Source: Hydrolagus affinis
Lineage: Eukaryota
Reading direction: 5' to 3'
DNA: 64,000 nucleotides
Assembly: GCA_012026655.1 (NCBI GenBank)
Contig: JAAILG010000679.1
Location: forward strand, 1-64,000
Shown here: positions 37,030 to 51,500 of the stretch, piece after piece
How positions within the stretch are numbered: position 1 is the first letter of the stretch
How the letters are laid out: each line of letters starts with the position of its first letter
The notes under the pieces: generated by a model
Told to the model about the DNA's origin: nothing
Seen by the model: only the letters and a program-made list of their open reading frames with translations
Database searches by the model: none
Program-made: the position numbers and the translations under genes

Positions 37030-37700
37030 TCCAGACTGAATTATTTGCCATTTGCAGTTATCTCTTTGCCAGAATTACGAGACCAACAAAACTGAATGCA
37101 TTGAAATGCTGGGATGGCAACAAACGGCAGTAATTATATAAATCCTCAAGGGGGCAGTGGCAAGATTAAATCTCAACCTTGCTCAGCTCTGATTCTTAAA
37201 TAAATGGAATTCAGCAGCATTTAAATGAATTTATCATTAAAATTTAAATCGCTCAACATTTTATTACAGAGGAAACACAGAACATCAACCATCTATGGAA
37301 TTATTCACCTGTGCTTTCTGAAATGTTGGAGCAACAAAAGATAGAATATAATAAAAAATCATGCTCAGAATTGTAGTGTATTTGATAAGCATGACAGAGA
37401 CACAATCTGAAGCACAATTGGAAACACTGACTGAACATTTGCTCTTTGTAAGAAATCAAGTCAGATCTGCAGCGCTTATTCTCCATATTAATGCAGTGGA
37501 AATGTGAAGCCAGGTAAAGCTAACCTTTCTTGCTCCGTTAATGTATTTTACACTTTGATCCCCAGGCATTAAGCCTCTGTTTACTGCACTTTTAGCTGTA
37601 CAGCAAATGTCAGACAGGAAGCAGAAAGGTTTTACTATTTGTGTTGTGCAAAGTATTTAGGCAGCTGTTAATAATGTCACTTGGCCAAAAGCCTACAGAA
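37030..37700. promoter_or_regulatory. Candidate conserved non-coding element with a CTCF-like site
   Basis: Repeat-free block rich in TAAT/ATTA, with CCTCAAGGGGGCAG at 37144-37157 resembling the CTCF core. Confidence 0.3.
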
Positions 37701-38499
37701 AGCAGAATGAGATGACGGATATCCGGCTGCTGAAACAGACACATTGCGGCTGCATTATGTTGAATATATAGTTACTAAAATCAGCTTTCCCCTTACCAAA
37801 TATTATCAGATTTCTTTCACAATTTTTTTCAGGGAATGAAATCAGGTTGGGATTGCATGTCTGTCGTCTGTCACTCCACAATCTGCCCGAGGTCACAAAG
37901 CTGCTGAAAAATATTGTTGTGTTAAGATGATCACTGTGTAAAATGGTCATTTAACAAAACATTTCTCCTCGATCCACCAGGAGGATGAGTGAATTGTTTT
38001 CTTTGTGTATATGCTGCATGATGCCCTTCCTGTTCAGGCAAAGAAGCAGTTTTACTATCCTCTACTATTCAATGGTTTGTCAATGGTAGTAATCTAGATC
38101 TAGATTCCGAGTTCAAAAAATTGCTTAACTAATGTAGCGATATAAATTGCATTCAAAAGTGCAAAAAGCACTTTCTAACTCTTCACCCAACTGGTTTCTG
38201 CTCAAATAGTTCCTCTGGCAGAAAGCTTTAAAAACACATATCAATTGCTTTTCAATTAATGACCAGGAGGTCACTTGCTCCTGTCAGTGGATGTGTGAAG
38301 TTGTTCTGTCACGCAATACTTTTACATCCATTTAAAAAGCTGTGTAAATGTCAATTGGCACTGTAGCTGGATTCACAGGATTTAGTCGAAACTAAACTAA
38401 CAGCAGTTAAAGTCAAAGAAAATGTAGTTCCCCTTGTCTGAAATTGTTTAACTGCTTTCTGAGTTCCAACTGACTCAATGTTGATCCTCCACCTCCTTT

Positions 38500-39590
38500 A
38501 CAACAACAACAAAATTTCATTTGTACAGCACCTTTCACGTCAGGAGGACGTAAGGCACTAGACAGTCAATGTTTCGGACTCGAGCTAGGGTCGAGATCAG
38601 GGAGGGAGAAGGGAGGGGAGAGGGGAAGTGAAGTGATCAATGGCACGGTTGAAGAGGAAGGTGCTGAGGCAGGACTTGAAGGAAGCTACGGAGGGGGTGC
38701 AGTGGAGGGATTATGGGATGGAATTTCAAAGGTTGGGGGCAGAGTGGCTGAAGGATTACCCACTGATGGTGGGGCGGGGGACATGGAGCAGGCCAGAGCC
38801 CACTGAGTGGATGGAGCAGACAGGTTGGTAGAGGGCTAGGAGATCGCAGAGGTAGGGTGGGGCAAAGCTATGGAGGGCTTTAAAGGTGAGAACCAGGATC
38901 TTGAATTGAATCCTCTGAGTAATTGGAAGCCAGTGGAGTCAGGCGAGAATGGGGATGATAAGTGTTATAGAGCTTGGTGCGGGAGAGGACACAAGCTGCA
39001 AAGTTCTGGATGATCTGCAGCCTATGGAGGGAGGAGTTGCAGAGTCCGACAAGCAGTGCATTGGCATAGTCAAGTCTGGATGTGATAAAAGCTTGAAAAA
39101 GAGTTTCAGCGGCCTGAAGGGTGAGGTAGTGGCAGAGTCGGGCAATGTTGCAGAGGTGAGGGAAGGCAGAGCGAGTCATGGCTTGGATGTGTGGGAGGAA
39201 AGACAGTTGATGATTGAACAGACACCTAGGTTCCTGACTGGCTTGGTGAGGTTGAGTGTGCGACCATGGAAGTTGATGCTGCCAGTGCCTGAGGTGTGGA
39301 GGCATTGGTGCGTGCCAATCAGGAGGGCCTCTGTCTTGTTGATATTGAACGGTAGAAAGTTAGCTCTCATCCAGGATTGATGTCCGACAGTCAGTCTGTC
39401 AGGACAGCAGTGATCCTGAAATCGAGGGTGGAGGCAGAAAGATAGTTGGGCGTCATCCACATACATGTAGAAGTTGACCCCATGCCTGAGGATGATTTCA
39501 TCAAGAGGGAGCAGACAGATGTTGAAAAGGAGAGGACCAAGGACAGAGCCCTGGGGGCCACATACTGGACATGGATTCTTGAGAAGCTCA
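38500..39590 (-). mobile_element. LINE2 (L2) 3' 1.1 kb, 5'-truncated, with a frameshifted reverse transcriptase C-terminus
   Basis: Minus frames give [19 protein letters not shown] (YxDD), [39 protein letters not shown] and LHWLP, then the tail GTGAAAGGTGCTGTACAAATG..(TTG)n. Confidence 0.95.
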
Positions 39591-40365
39591 GAATAAAATG
39601 ATTTTGCCCCAAAAATACACAGTCAATCTACTTTACAACATATTCTGTGAAACGCTTTGAGAAGTCTCAACAACATGACAAGGCGTTACATCAAATGTAA
39701 AAACAGTCTGGTTAGAAAACAAATTAAAATAAAATAAGTGCAGTACGTCAATTGCTTTAGGCAGAAAAGCCCAATTTCACTAGTTCAGTACTCAATATCA
39801 CCATCGGAAGGTGCTAAGAGAGCCCACTTCACCGTGCAAAGTTTGCCAGATATTCAACAACAACAACAAATTCGATATGTACAGCACCTTTCACATCAGG
39901 AGGAATTCACTTCTGATAAGTCACAACTCAGGTAAAGAAAAATAGCTGAATAAAACCATCCAGGAAGCCAATCGGGAATGCAGAAACCCATGTGGCTTGA
40001 CTTTACACTTGCGTAAACAGAATATCTAAACACCCAAGATACCTGTGTTTTTCCCTAGTTACTTTGAAGTAGTCTACATGTAGCAGTGAAAATGAATGTG
40101 ATCCACAGTGCAATACCACAGGGTTATAGCTGTCCCATGACAATGTGGGGTTGTGGCGATGAATGCTCAGGAGTTTTGTTCTGTGTTCACACTGTCAGGT
40201 GGTGGTTTGGCAGTAAGCCAAGATGCACAGCTGCAGTATAAATGCAATGGGTTTAAATCAATTTGGGCTTTGCTCAGCAATGGAGCCTAAAACATTCTTG
40301 GACACTACTGAATGCACTGTATCATAATGTTATTAATGAGCTGGTTGCGGTACTTGGCTTTTTCT

Positions 40366-40805
40366 AACAACAACAACAAAAATTACATTTGTATAGTGCC
40401 TTTAATGTTGAGAGGATGTCCCAAGGCACTGGACAATCAATGTACAGACCCGAAGATTAAAAACAAAAACCAATAACAACAAATTAGCCTTTCACGTCGG
40501 GAGGACGTCCCAAGGCGCTGCACAGGAGGCGTGTGACCCGAGCTGGGAGGGGAGTGTTCGGGAGAGGGTAAAAAACGTGGGGGAGGTCGAAAAATTAGGT
40601 GGGGAACAAAAGGCACGGTCGAAAAGGAAAGTCTTCAAACCAGCCTTGAAAGAGGAAAGGGATGAAACAAGATGGAGGAATTGGGGGATGGAATTCCATA
40701 GGGTGGGAGCGGAGAAGCTGAAGGCCCGACCTCCGATGGTGGGGCGGTTCGGGCGGGGGGCTTGGAGCAAACCAAGTCCTGCTGAACGGATAGAGTTCTG
40801 CACAG
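40366..40805 (-). mobile_element. LINE2 3' end (40470-40805) plus a second L2 tail (40366-40450)
   Basis: ORF track: GGRAFSFSAPTLWNSIP..SLSSFKAGLKTFLF, the L2 ORF2 C-terminus. Confidence 0.93.
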
Positions 40806-43800
40806 TCAGTTAGTTGTGGAGCTGCTCTCAATCCCACTCAGTGTAATGATTATAACTCAGGTATCCTGCTCCATGTTACTTTATTGATGGAAGCAATATT
40901 TATTCAGGTCCAGAGTGAAAACAGCGTGTTTGTTTGTTAGAGGCCAGCTGTGATGTTGCAATACAGGAACCATTTCATGAGAAAGAGTAGAACATAAATC
41001 AAATGGAAGGTTCTATTGTATAAATTGTGCCAATCGTTTCTTTTAGCTAAACAAGCTCTATGATTACTGTACAATATTCTAAATAACTGTACTGTATTAA
41101 GCTGGTTTTATTTTAAACACATTTTGCAAAATGTTATACGACACGAGTTTCACTGTTTATGTTTTTTGCAATTCGCTAATGCATCCTGGCTATTGAAAAT
41201 ATCACTTCCACCCACAGAAGTTGTAGATATTAATTGTGGAAATTTATCCTATTTAGACATCCCATACAAATTACTCAATAGATTAACGCTTCAGAAAGGT
41301 ACCTTATTGAGAGGTTCAGATGACATGATATAATGCAAGAGTGGAGCGTGACAGGATTTATAACTACAGTGATTTGAAAATGGCTCATGCATCGGTCAAA
41401 GTTTTTAATATACAGTATATGGAATTAAAACATGGAGATTTCAATTGGGGTCCTTAAATGAGACTGAAAAAGAGGAAGCTAAAGAGGGTGTAAGACAGCG
41501 TACTGTTTCAATCTGTGCAGGGTGAGGTGGAATGTCCAAACAGTATCCAGGATCTCTGCATATCTACCAGTAGTAAAGCAGTAATAAACTATGACTTCAC
41601 TATTATAAGCATAGGTTGGTAAGATCAATAACTGTACTTGCTGCATGGCATAGAAGAGACTATGAAAATAGGGTTGAGTCTAACTGTTTTGATTTTTGGG
41701 CTGTAGTTACACTGCACCAAAATTATGCTGAAGAGATGGAAATGTCAATTCAGTGAGATTGGGTATAAACAGTTAAAAGTCTTGAATTAAAATGGGAAGA
41801 GATAAACTCTTAAGACATACTGAATCAGAGTAGCGGAGTTCGTGACAGACATCCTAAAACCCCACAAGATATTCGAAGTTTTCTTTCTACTAAATATTAC
41901 ATATTGTGAATGGAGCTGCAGTTTGAGTACAAGACTCTCCTTAAGGCCATCTGCAGGAGTCATACACATACCACTTATATCAAGAGGCATATCGAATATC
42001 TCTATCAGAAAGGGAAGCATTAACAATGCTGGATGAGGGGTCATAGACCATTTAAGATCATTGGAATGGTAAATCTGGTGTATCACAAATGCTTTATTTA
42101 CAAAACAATATTTGTATATCTGTAGCAATAGATTTTATTGCATTAAATAAGTTTTAATATTTAGAACACTGTAATTTTTGCATATGTTTAGTTCTTCATG
42201 TGTCAATCAAAGAACTACTCATGGTGGTAATCAAAGATGATTTATCTTAAATTTAACTGAAAGGCTATTAATATGCAGATTTCACAAGTGGCTGATTGCC
42301 TGTAAGGGTCATTAAACAAATTCTTATTTTATCAATTATACTATCTGTCACTGGATATTTGAGAAACTTTTTACTTTATGTTTATGATCTAAACGTCATT
42401 GTGCCTATCATTTATTTGGTTACTTTGCTGAGATATTCTCATACAAAAAATGTTTTCAAAACATTACAATACTTTTTGAACACAGACACAACATTAAGAA
42501 CATGCTTGCAAAAAGCGTATAAAACTTTAGAGTATTTTTAATGTGGGATCTTGAAGCTAACGGAATCAATATTTCTTGAATTCAAATCAACCAGAGCTTG
42601 CAATGTGAATAAAACCTGTTTGCTTCATTCCAGATGTATTCTATTCTATTAACCTATTCAATAGGCTTTCAGATTACCATAAATAATTACCTTATGTGCA
42701 CTGCAAGATGAATTATTTTTAATAATCTAATGCATTCATACATCTTTAAACTTTAAATTAAATCTGAACTAAATGCTGTTGTAACATAAGATGACCTGTA
42801 AAGGGCCATCAATTCAACCCGAGTGTCATATAAAAAAAAGGACAGATTCATGACTATAGTCTGAGACAACTAGCAGGTAAACCACGATTCTGATGAATTC
42901 ATCAAATCTAATCAAATAGTGTCATTAATTATTTATCACAGAAATTACAGGCTTTTATGGAATTCATAAAAAGAAATTGACAGCCAAATTAATTTTTTCT
43001 CCACTTTAGTCTGTTAACATATACTTTTTAAAAAAAACTATTTTCTTAACATTGAAAAGTTGACAAATTCCAGTTATTTTTCTCATTCATTTCCCATAAT
43101 TTAAATATTCAAACACCTCACTAAATATTTCAAATCTTTAGATTTGATGCATCGAATTGCATTAAAAAAAATTATCAGCTAACTAGTAAAGTGAATGTAA
43201 ATGGCATGCAGAACTATTGTAGAACTATTCACAAATGTAGAAATCTATGCTACTTTCAGCGGGAAATAATTGCTCAGTTTGGAAATGATTTGTAGGGAAA
43301 GGGGTTGTAGTGCAACTTTTATGGAGTAAAATGCCTTTTGTGAACATTGCATACATTAGCAGGTAACTATCCTTTATTTGGGAAAAATCTTAATATAAGT
43401 ATCAATTTAAAGAATTGCATACTTTAAGAAGTCCATAGTTCTGATGACAAAATATAATACAATCCCTCTGCTCTGGCAGAAAGGCACTTTTAATTTGTAT
43501 AACCTTCAATTTTATTAAATAAGACCTCATTACATTAGTAAATTTGGTTTTTATGATCTCAGCAGGAAATTTATGGAAACAAGTTGGAGCAGTTACTTGA
43601 TCACATTTACATTCCAAAAACACAAGGCCTAATTTAATCATGATCCTTTACAAATATTATAGGGTTGTAAGCACTCCAGGCACATTGCTTCTTGATGCAA
43701 GTACAGTATTGTATATGTTTATCTGGTGTCGGGAGGATGGCAGATCTATATACGGGGGAGAGTACAGTATATAGCTACAGTATATAGCTCCTGTGCAGAG

Positions 43801-44752
43801 GATCAGCAGTTGTTTTGCGTCTACAATATGGCTACAATATCTAACTGTTTAAGATGTTTTCTTAAATTTGAATTTCTAGGTGTAGATTTCTCTGAAGAAA
43901 ATTTCAAGATACTGTAAGTTATGCAAACATTTTCAAAATGTGATCATCTTTAGGTTCTCATGTATGACCATGGATTGAAAAAGTTTGCATGTTTACAAAA
44001 CACACAGTCAATTCACTTCACAAATATATTCAGTGACGCGCTTTGAGATGTCTTGAAGAAGTGATAAGTCGCTGTATCAAATGCGAGAATAAGTATTATA
44101 TTTTAAAAGTATCAAAATACCCAAGTAACATGTGTTTCTCACCTGCCAGATGTTTTATCCCTTTCCTTTTCAGTTTACATCTTTCTGTGTATATTTGTGC
44201 TCAGCAAGGTGAGATAAGTCAGTGAGGGGAGTGGAACCTATTTCAGCTTTTGTTACTCCAATGTTACTATTAAGCCTTCTCAGGTCAGGTGTGACACAGC
44301 CAGATGCAGAGCAAAGCACCATTTACCCTGTCCCAAAAACAAACTTAACCCCAATCTCACAGAAGTACCTCCTTCTGCACCACTGGGAATTTTACCACTT
44401 ATGGCTTATCAGAGTGAAATTGCCAATTTAGTGCTAAATTGTGAGGAATTTTGTGTCCAGTCCTATGTCACAGAGGATTGTTAACAGTCAGCAGACAGAG
44501 AAGACTGATCCCATCACGCCTGAATTAGATTTAAATCTGGGTCCCAAAGTGAAACAGACTGAATGGTAAATGTGAAAAAGCTGGATGAGGTTTATTTTGA
44601 GGAGAAGCCGTGGCCTATAACAAACAAAGTAATCCTTAGCAGTGTGTAACTGTATGATCAACAATGGCTGAAAAGCAGCACAGAGTATTATGCAAAAGAT
44701 GCAATGGAAACAACATCATGTAAAAGCACTAAGGGTGAGGACTCCACATTAT

Positions 44753-45000
44753 ACAGAATCATAGAATATTATAATACAGAAGCAGGCCATTCAGCTCATC
44801 GTGTCTGTGCCAACTCTTTAGAAGAGCTACTCAATCAGTCCCACTTCCCCGCTCTTTTCCCATATCTTTATAAATTTTCCTCTTCAAGTACCTGTCCAAT
44901 TCCCTTATGAAAGTTGTTATTGAATCTGTTTCGAACAGCCTTTCAGGCAATGCATTTGAAAACACTTTGAAGTCTCCCCTCTGGTTCTTTTGCCAATTAC
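44753..45000 (-). mobile_element. CR1 LINE 3' end
   Basis: AGAATCATAGAA..CAGAAGCAGGCCATTCAGCTCATCGTGTCTGTGCC..TCAAGTACCTGTCCAATTCCC is the reverse complement of a CR1 3'UTR. Confidence 0.85.
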
Positions 45001-45239
45001 ATTACCTTGAAGTAATATAGGACAATGTTTATTGAGAAAAAATTGTAAACTGCAGTCAAAGTGAAATTTTACAAATCACAATGAAAGGAATGTAACATGT
45101 GATAATAGCAATTACTCAAATTCTGAGCTTGGAAAGCAAATCGATGGATTTATCATGGTCTAAAACACAATCAACATAATTCAACAAAGCCAAAAGATTG
45201 CCTGCCATTCAGAATATACTTTGAATGTTTGGGATGGTG

Positions 45240-45545
45240 TGTCAGCCTAACTAATTGGTAGCACTCTCCCCTCTGAGTTAGAAGGTGTGCGCTCCAATCC
45301 CATATTGGGATTTGAATTCACATAGTCTAAGATGATGCTCCTAATGCAGTGCTGGGGATATATCACATAAGGTCCCATCTGCCTGGTCAGGTGGATGTTA
45401 ATGATCCCAATGTCCAGGCCAAAATTGGTCATTCATGGCTGTTTGTGGGACATTGCTGTGCCCAAGTGGGGTTGTCACTTTTGCCTACAAATTGAGACGT
45501 CCTTTTGAAATGATAAGGCACTATACCAAATCCGTGGATTACTAT
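45240..45545 (+). mobile_element. Old DeuSINE with tRNA head, internally deleted
   Basis: GGTAGCACTCTCCCCTCTGAGTTAGAAGG head, CAGGTGGATGTTAATGATCCCA and GGCTGTTTGTGGGACATTGCTGTG. Confidence 0.8.
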
Positions 45546-48500
45546 TGTTATTGTACGACAACAACAACAAAACTGCACTTGCATACACTTCACATCGTGA
45601 GAACGTCCCTGAAAAATAGGAACACATCAGAGATGTGCAGCCCAGTAATCTAGAAAAGAGACGGCTACTTGTGCTAAATTAGCAGTATGGGGATACAAAC
45701 CTTAATGTGCTTTGCTTTGAAATGGAGGGCTGTGTTGCAGAGACACTTCCCATTTAAAAATCATTGGAAGGCTATATGGATAAGATGGCTCAACAACACT
45801 CATAGGCTGCACCATCTTCTATGTGACTATTAATAATAATAATCTTGCATTTGATATAGCACCTTAACATGACTTTGAAATATCTCAAGAGTGCTTACAT
45901 AATACTCTATAAAGTGAACTGACTGTATATTTTGTGGGCGAAACGTGAAGTAGAGATGAGCACGAGTTGTGTGCATTGCAGCTACTGTTGAGTACATGGT
46001 AACACCAGTAGAATTTCAGTGTATAGACCGAGTAGGAACATTTCTCGTCAATGTTGTCATTACCACATGGAAGTGTTGGGTTAAATTTCCTCTATTGCTT
46101 GTTGCATCCATGCAGTTTGTTCAGAAAGTTCCTCTGCACTTTCTACTTCTCTCACTGCTGTGTGATACTTTCAAATCTTCTGTTGTAAGTTCAATAAACT
46201 ATTCACCTTTTGATGAGTTTCTCTCAGGTGTGACATTCATTCTTCAGTGACCTTTAGAAAGATTTCACAAGTGTCCTAGGTTCTGCCTCTTACTTATGGA
46301 TATTTTAGCAATTTCATTTTGTATCATCTATCATTGGTTAAACATCAGTTGAAAATGATCTACATGTGGTGATGTACAGTTACCAAGTCTTTAAAATGTG
46401 GCTGCTTGTATCACTAAGAGATGATTTATGTGTAGAAATGAATGGATCCTATAGCATAGGATGTCATGAACATTTTTATAAATTATGTAAATATAAATGC
46501 TTTTAGAAAAGCGATGCAGCCAAAATAACACATGGAAATATATCACAATTGCGGCCCTGAACTTCAACTTTAAAAAGGCAGAGATTAATTGAACAAAAAT
46601 TATATAACAAATGCTGAACAAAACCCAAATAATCCAACTCAATGGAATATGTAGGCAAGAGAGGATCAAACAGAAAAATGAAACAGACTGGGAATACACA
46701 ACAAGGTTAAATACATCTGTTTTACACTTCAAGAATGGGAGTTAGAGGGTCAGAGAATCATACACAGAAACAAAATAAATATTTTCTATTTGCTAAAATA
46801 TATAAATTAGTAGCTGCAAACCTGATGGAATTTGAGCATCCATAACTGAACAAAAATAATTTGTATCAGTTTTAGCTTCTGAACGATATAAAAATGGTAG
46901 TTACAGATCACGCTTTTCAATACAAAACAATGCTGTTTTTTTCAAATGTGCATTGAATAGTAACAACTTGAAAGATTTCAAGCCTTGATTTATTTGTATG
47001 TTTAAATACTTTGTTTTTTATTTGAACTCAACTATGTTTTAGTAATATGTTTTGCAGGTGGTGAGTGGTGCACCTTGCATCAATAAATCATTAGACAAAC
47101 CCATCCCGTTTCTGCTGTCAGATGATTATATGGATATGGATGCAGGGAAGTCCACTATTTTGGCCTACAGGCTGAAGAAAGCTAGCAAGAAACAGGGATG
47201 ATCCAGTGTTAAATGTTCATAGGAAGGAAAAACAAATAAACATGGTACTGTACTTAGAGAAACAGTCTGCAATTTTTTTTAAAAAAAGTAAAGTTTCATA
47301 CATAAATATATAATGGATATTACAAACCTATAAAAGTTGTGTGTTACCTGCAGTTGGTGTGAACTTTAATAAAATGGCATGAAACTTTGGTAGAAGGTTA
47401 TTTTCACCACTAATGCAATACATTTTAATGCAATACACTTTTGCATCTGATTAAAAATAATCTTGTGACAAATGCTTTTCTGCTATACTTTAGAACTTGA
47501 TGTTACTGAAGAGTAGAACGCTAATTTTTAAACTTTCGGTCTGCAGTCATTTCAAATTTGCCTAAATGCATCAATTGAGCTGAGACATTGCGTGATTCTA
47601 ACAATTTGGGCAACTCCAAACGCAAAATACAGGAAATTTGTAAAGTCTAGAAAATTGGGATTGATCAGAGTGATGTGACATTGAAAAATGGTGTCTTCAC
47701 GAATTGTGGGTTGTGAGTGTAAGAGAAATAATCTTAATCATGGTTCAGAAAAACTGGCATCCACATCAGCTTTGAACGTAAAGGAGTAGAACGTTATATT
47801 TTTAAAAAGGGATTGAAGCAAGGCACAGAACACAACAATATGAAGAAAATATTAATGTTAGGGTTAAGTCTGCAAAATACTAATCATAAAAATGCTTCCT
47901 CCAATAGACTACTGTGACAACATTAAGCCATTAAAAATGTGTTTTTTTTCTCTCTTTTTCGCCAGCCTGTCCATTCTACAGTATATGAATACAGAACGAT
48001 ACTAAATGTCATACATATTCACAGTAAAGTTTATCATAGTTTACATCCAAGGGCTTTTAGCAAGTTATATTACTGCCGAAGTCTAGAGGAAGGGCATTTT
48101 CGTTTTGAATAATGATTCTACAACAATAGTCTTCCACACGTCACACCCCAAGGGAAACCTACCAAATTCTGCATTCATTTCTCTAATGTGATCACAATTC
48201 CTACTGGACTAATTGGAAGGTCCTATAAACCAAACAATATGCTGATAACAAACCTAGCATTTTATTATTAAACTAATTTAATGTTATCTGCAATCCCACT
48301 GTAGTTTATTGTCACTGCCCTCTTGTTCCCTACAATATCAGTCTTTGTTGTGTGCCTTACCAGTTCAAATTTAGCTGGGGGGTGGGGGGGTGGGGGTTGG
48401 GAAAGAAATGGAGAAAGAAACATTCAGCTGAAACCTTAAACCCCGAATGTGAAATAGTCCCTGAGGATTGTTTGAAAACATTTCGGTTCAAAATTCAATT

Positions 48501-51500
48501 AACAAATCGAATAATAATTTTTTTTTCCTTCAGAACCTCCCCAACCGCCTCCCCGGATTTTCACTAGCAAGTTTATTTGAATACCCTTTGTGCAGAAAGG
48601 CATTAAACAATTTATATTTCCTTTCTTGTGAGTCAACAGCATGGACCACAATAGATATTTACTTGAAATGAGTAAGGTCTAAGAAATAGTGTTGACTGAA
48701 GGTGAAGGTACATAAGGCGATCCAAATATTAACTTTTTTGATTTGTACATATAAGAACAGACGCAAATTGCTAGTGCAAGACGCCTATGAACATGTAGAG
48801 AACGACTACAGTAAATCAACCCTTTTCCACCATGTGGAATCTCCCATGTCCCCAAATAGATTTCAGTTCATCCAAGAGGAAAATGAGATGGAGGTCACCA
48901 ATGACTGATTTCAGGGAAATGGGAAAAATACTCAAATCAGAAAAGGGTTGGAGAAGGAACACTAAGCTTTGGCCAAAGCTCTTAAACATTTTTATAGCAA
49001 ACAAAAGATCAAATTGTGTAAATATAGGGTCAGTACAAACAAGAACAGTGGTAGAGAGCCAGGGGGCTCTGCATTCCTCATCACCATTGTGACAAGCTTC
49101 TTCCAGGATAGTAAAGATCTCAGCTATTCTTTGCCAATGTTCTCTGCAAAAAAAGTGTGACCTTGACATTTGAAATAATTGTTTTAGCATTTTTATTTAG
49201 AAGAATCTTGCCAGAATAATGTGAATTGGTGCTTAAGGCAGATCTATACACAGTGCACCCTATGGGAGAGTTAACGCTATGGCAAATAAAGTGCAACATT
49301 GGGATTGACTTTCTACCCTAAGGAACACAGAGGTCACATATTGGTGCTATTCTGAAACCAACAAGTAGAAGGTGCATAAGATCTGTACAGTTCGATTTGT
49401 TCTCTAAGATTTCATTCTGAAGTGTGCTTCATCTATATCAACACTCGCCCCCCCGAATAAAGATCCAGGAAACTTGAAAAGTGCAAGGGTATTGCAGGCT
49501 CATGGTGATAAAATCATGAAACACAGATACGCATTTAGAGAGGATGTGCACTGATGCATAAAGCTACTTCACATTCCACCGAGGTTGCAACTTTCTTGTG
49601 TTAATTGAAGACTGACCTACCTGTAACTAATGACATGAAGAACACAGAAGTGTGAAGATTCTGCAAAGTGAGAAGCATTATACACATAAGATCAAGCCAG
49701 TCTTTCTATGTTTGTGTGTCATTGCCAAATAGACAATATTATTCTAATGTCTATGTTTATTCCTAGTGTCAAACATTATTTAGGTTGCAGTCATTTTAAA
49801 AGGCAACACTGAGCACATCAAAGCACTGAGCTTGTATCAGTCCTGGTAAGCAAGTTGACTAAACATTTTAATTCTGATTCTATGCAAGTGTTTACGAGCA
49901 ACTAACTGGACTGAAATGACAATGTTCTTTTTCCTACAAAGATGAAATAATACCTATACCGGCTCATTTGAGCAAACTTATTAGGCAAAAAAGTGTCGAC
50001 TTCTTCCAGGTTTGCATACTTTAAAGAAAAATGGAATACACTACAAATCCATCAAAGAAATCTATATCACTGTGTTTTTCAGAGGTTCTCGGCTTTTGGA
50101 ATGATTCAAGAATGTTGCTCCTTCATGTTAAACATTTAGATTTGGCCTTCCGAAAGCATGCACAAATGCATTAAAATGTACTGTACAGTGAAACTGCTTT
50201 AATTTTACAAAATAGATCTGAATTCGTTATTCATAACTACAAAAACTACTTGATTTAAGAATGCCATTAGCTAGTAAAATAGTGGGAGCATTGCCTTTAG
50301 GAATCACAAGGATACAGTCTGTGCACTTTGATTTTTCAGTGTTGCATTCAAAGACTTTATAAAAATCATTAACCTAAAAATGTTCACGGGTGCTGATTCC
50401 AATGGATGGTTCATTTGATGCATGCAAAAATATTTAATTGTATGCAATTATCCATGAGTAAACATTCACAACAACATTGGCTATATTATACAATTCCTCT
50501 CTCCCACCTTCCATTCACTATTTAGTCTGATGTGAGGAGATACTGCAAAATTTCACAACTGTACTTTCATTTTCTGTGATGAAATATTAATATGACATGG
50601 AACAGAATTAAGCAATGAAATAGCTCCTTGAAAATGTGAGCAATTTGATTGACTTTATTTGGAACATGTATTTGTTAACGTAGTGGTTGTTCAAGCAACA
50701 GTGAATGCCTGTGTACTCTACCTTGGAATTAAAGATAGGCTGATGGATTGAACACTGATGCGGATACATGTGAAGTCCTTTAATACTGCAGCCTATCTTC
50801 AATTCCACAGTACAGTACACATGAAGGTTTGCTGTTTCTATTTGATCATTACTCTATGAATATTGAAGAAACTCACTGCATCAAGGTGAAAAAAATATTA
50901 TTACTAAACAGCTTATTACTGAGCCACAACAGTAAGAGTAACGGGGACACTTTAAAATCTGAGCAGTTTTCATGCCTTGCTGCATTCCTTCACTTCAGAC
51001 ATATCCAAGACAATGCTTTTGTAAACACAGAAGCAAATAGCTTAAATATTTGCTGTACATTTTTCATTGGATGATTTTGCCTCCATAGAACAAGTTTAGA
51101 TTCTGAACGGTTGAAGAGGATATCTATTTTCTGTGGTAGGTACATTATACTGAGCTGTTTTAATAGAAATCTTCTTGAGGGCATCCTTAATTGTTCAGAT
51201 GTACCCAAAATGGAGACTTTAATTAACTGCTTTGGATCAATGGGAACAATGCATTCAAGAAAGCATCACTGATTTCAATGCATTTCACTCAAGAGTTTGT
51301 AGCAGAGAAATAAAATGTTCATACTGCGACACACACACCATCATTCTTGAAAACATATAGGTGAAGAATATCTAATAAATTCTGTCTAATGTACAGTATG
51401 CTGTAAGTTATTAATGGGCATGCCTAACTGACTGGCTTTGTGTTAGATATGCAGTACAAGAAAATGAATGCTGTATTAAATTTTCATTCCTTCTTTAGTA

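Noticed and set aside
38949-39380. 143-aa plus-strand ORF and neighbouring ORFs
   Set aside because: Antisense shadow of the decayed L2 reverse transcriptase.
48377-48401. G-quadruplex-like G-run cluster (also 25675-25698)
   Set aside because: Simple low-complexity G tracts, C-rich on the transcribed strand, with no further support for function.
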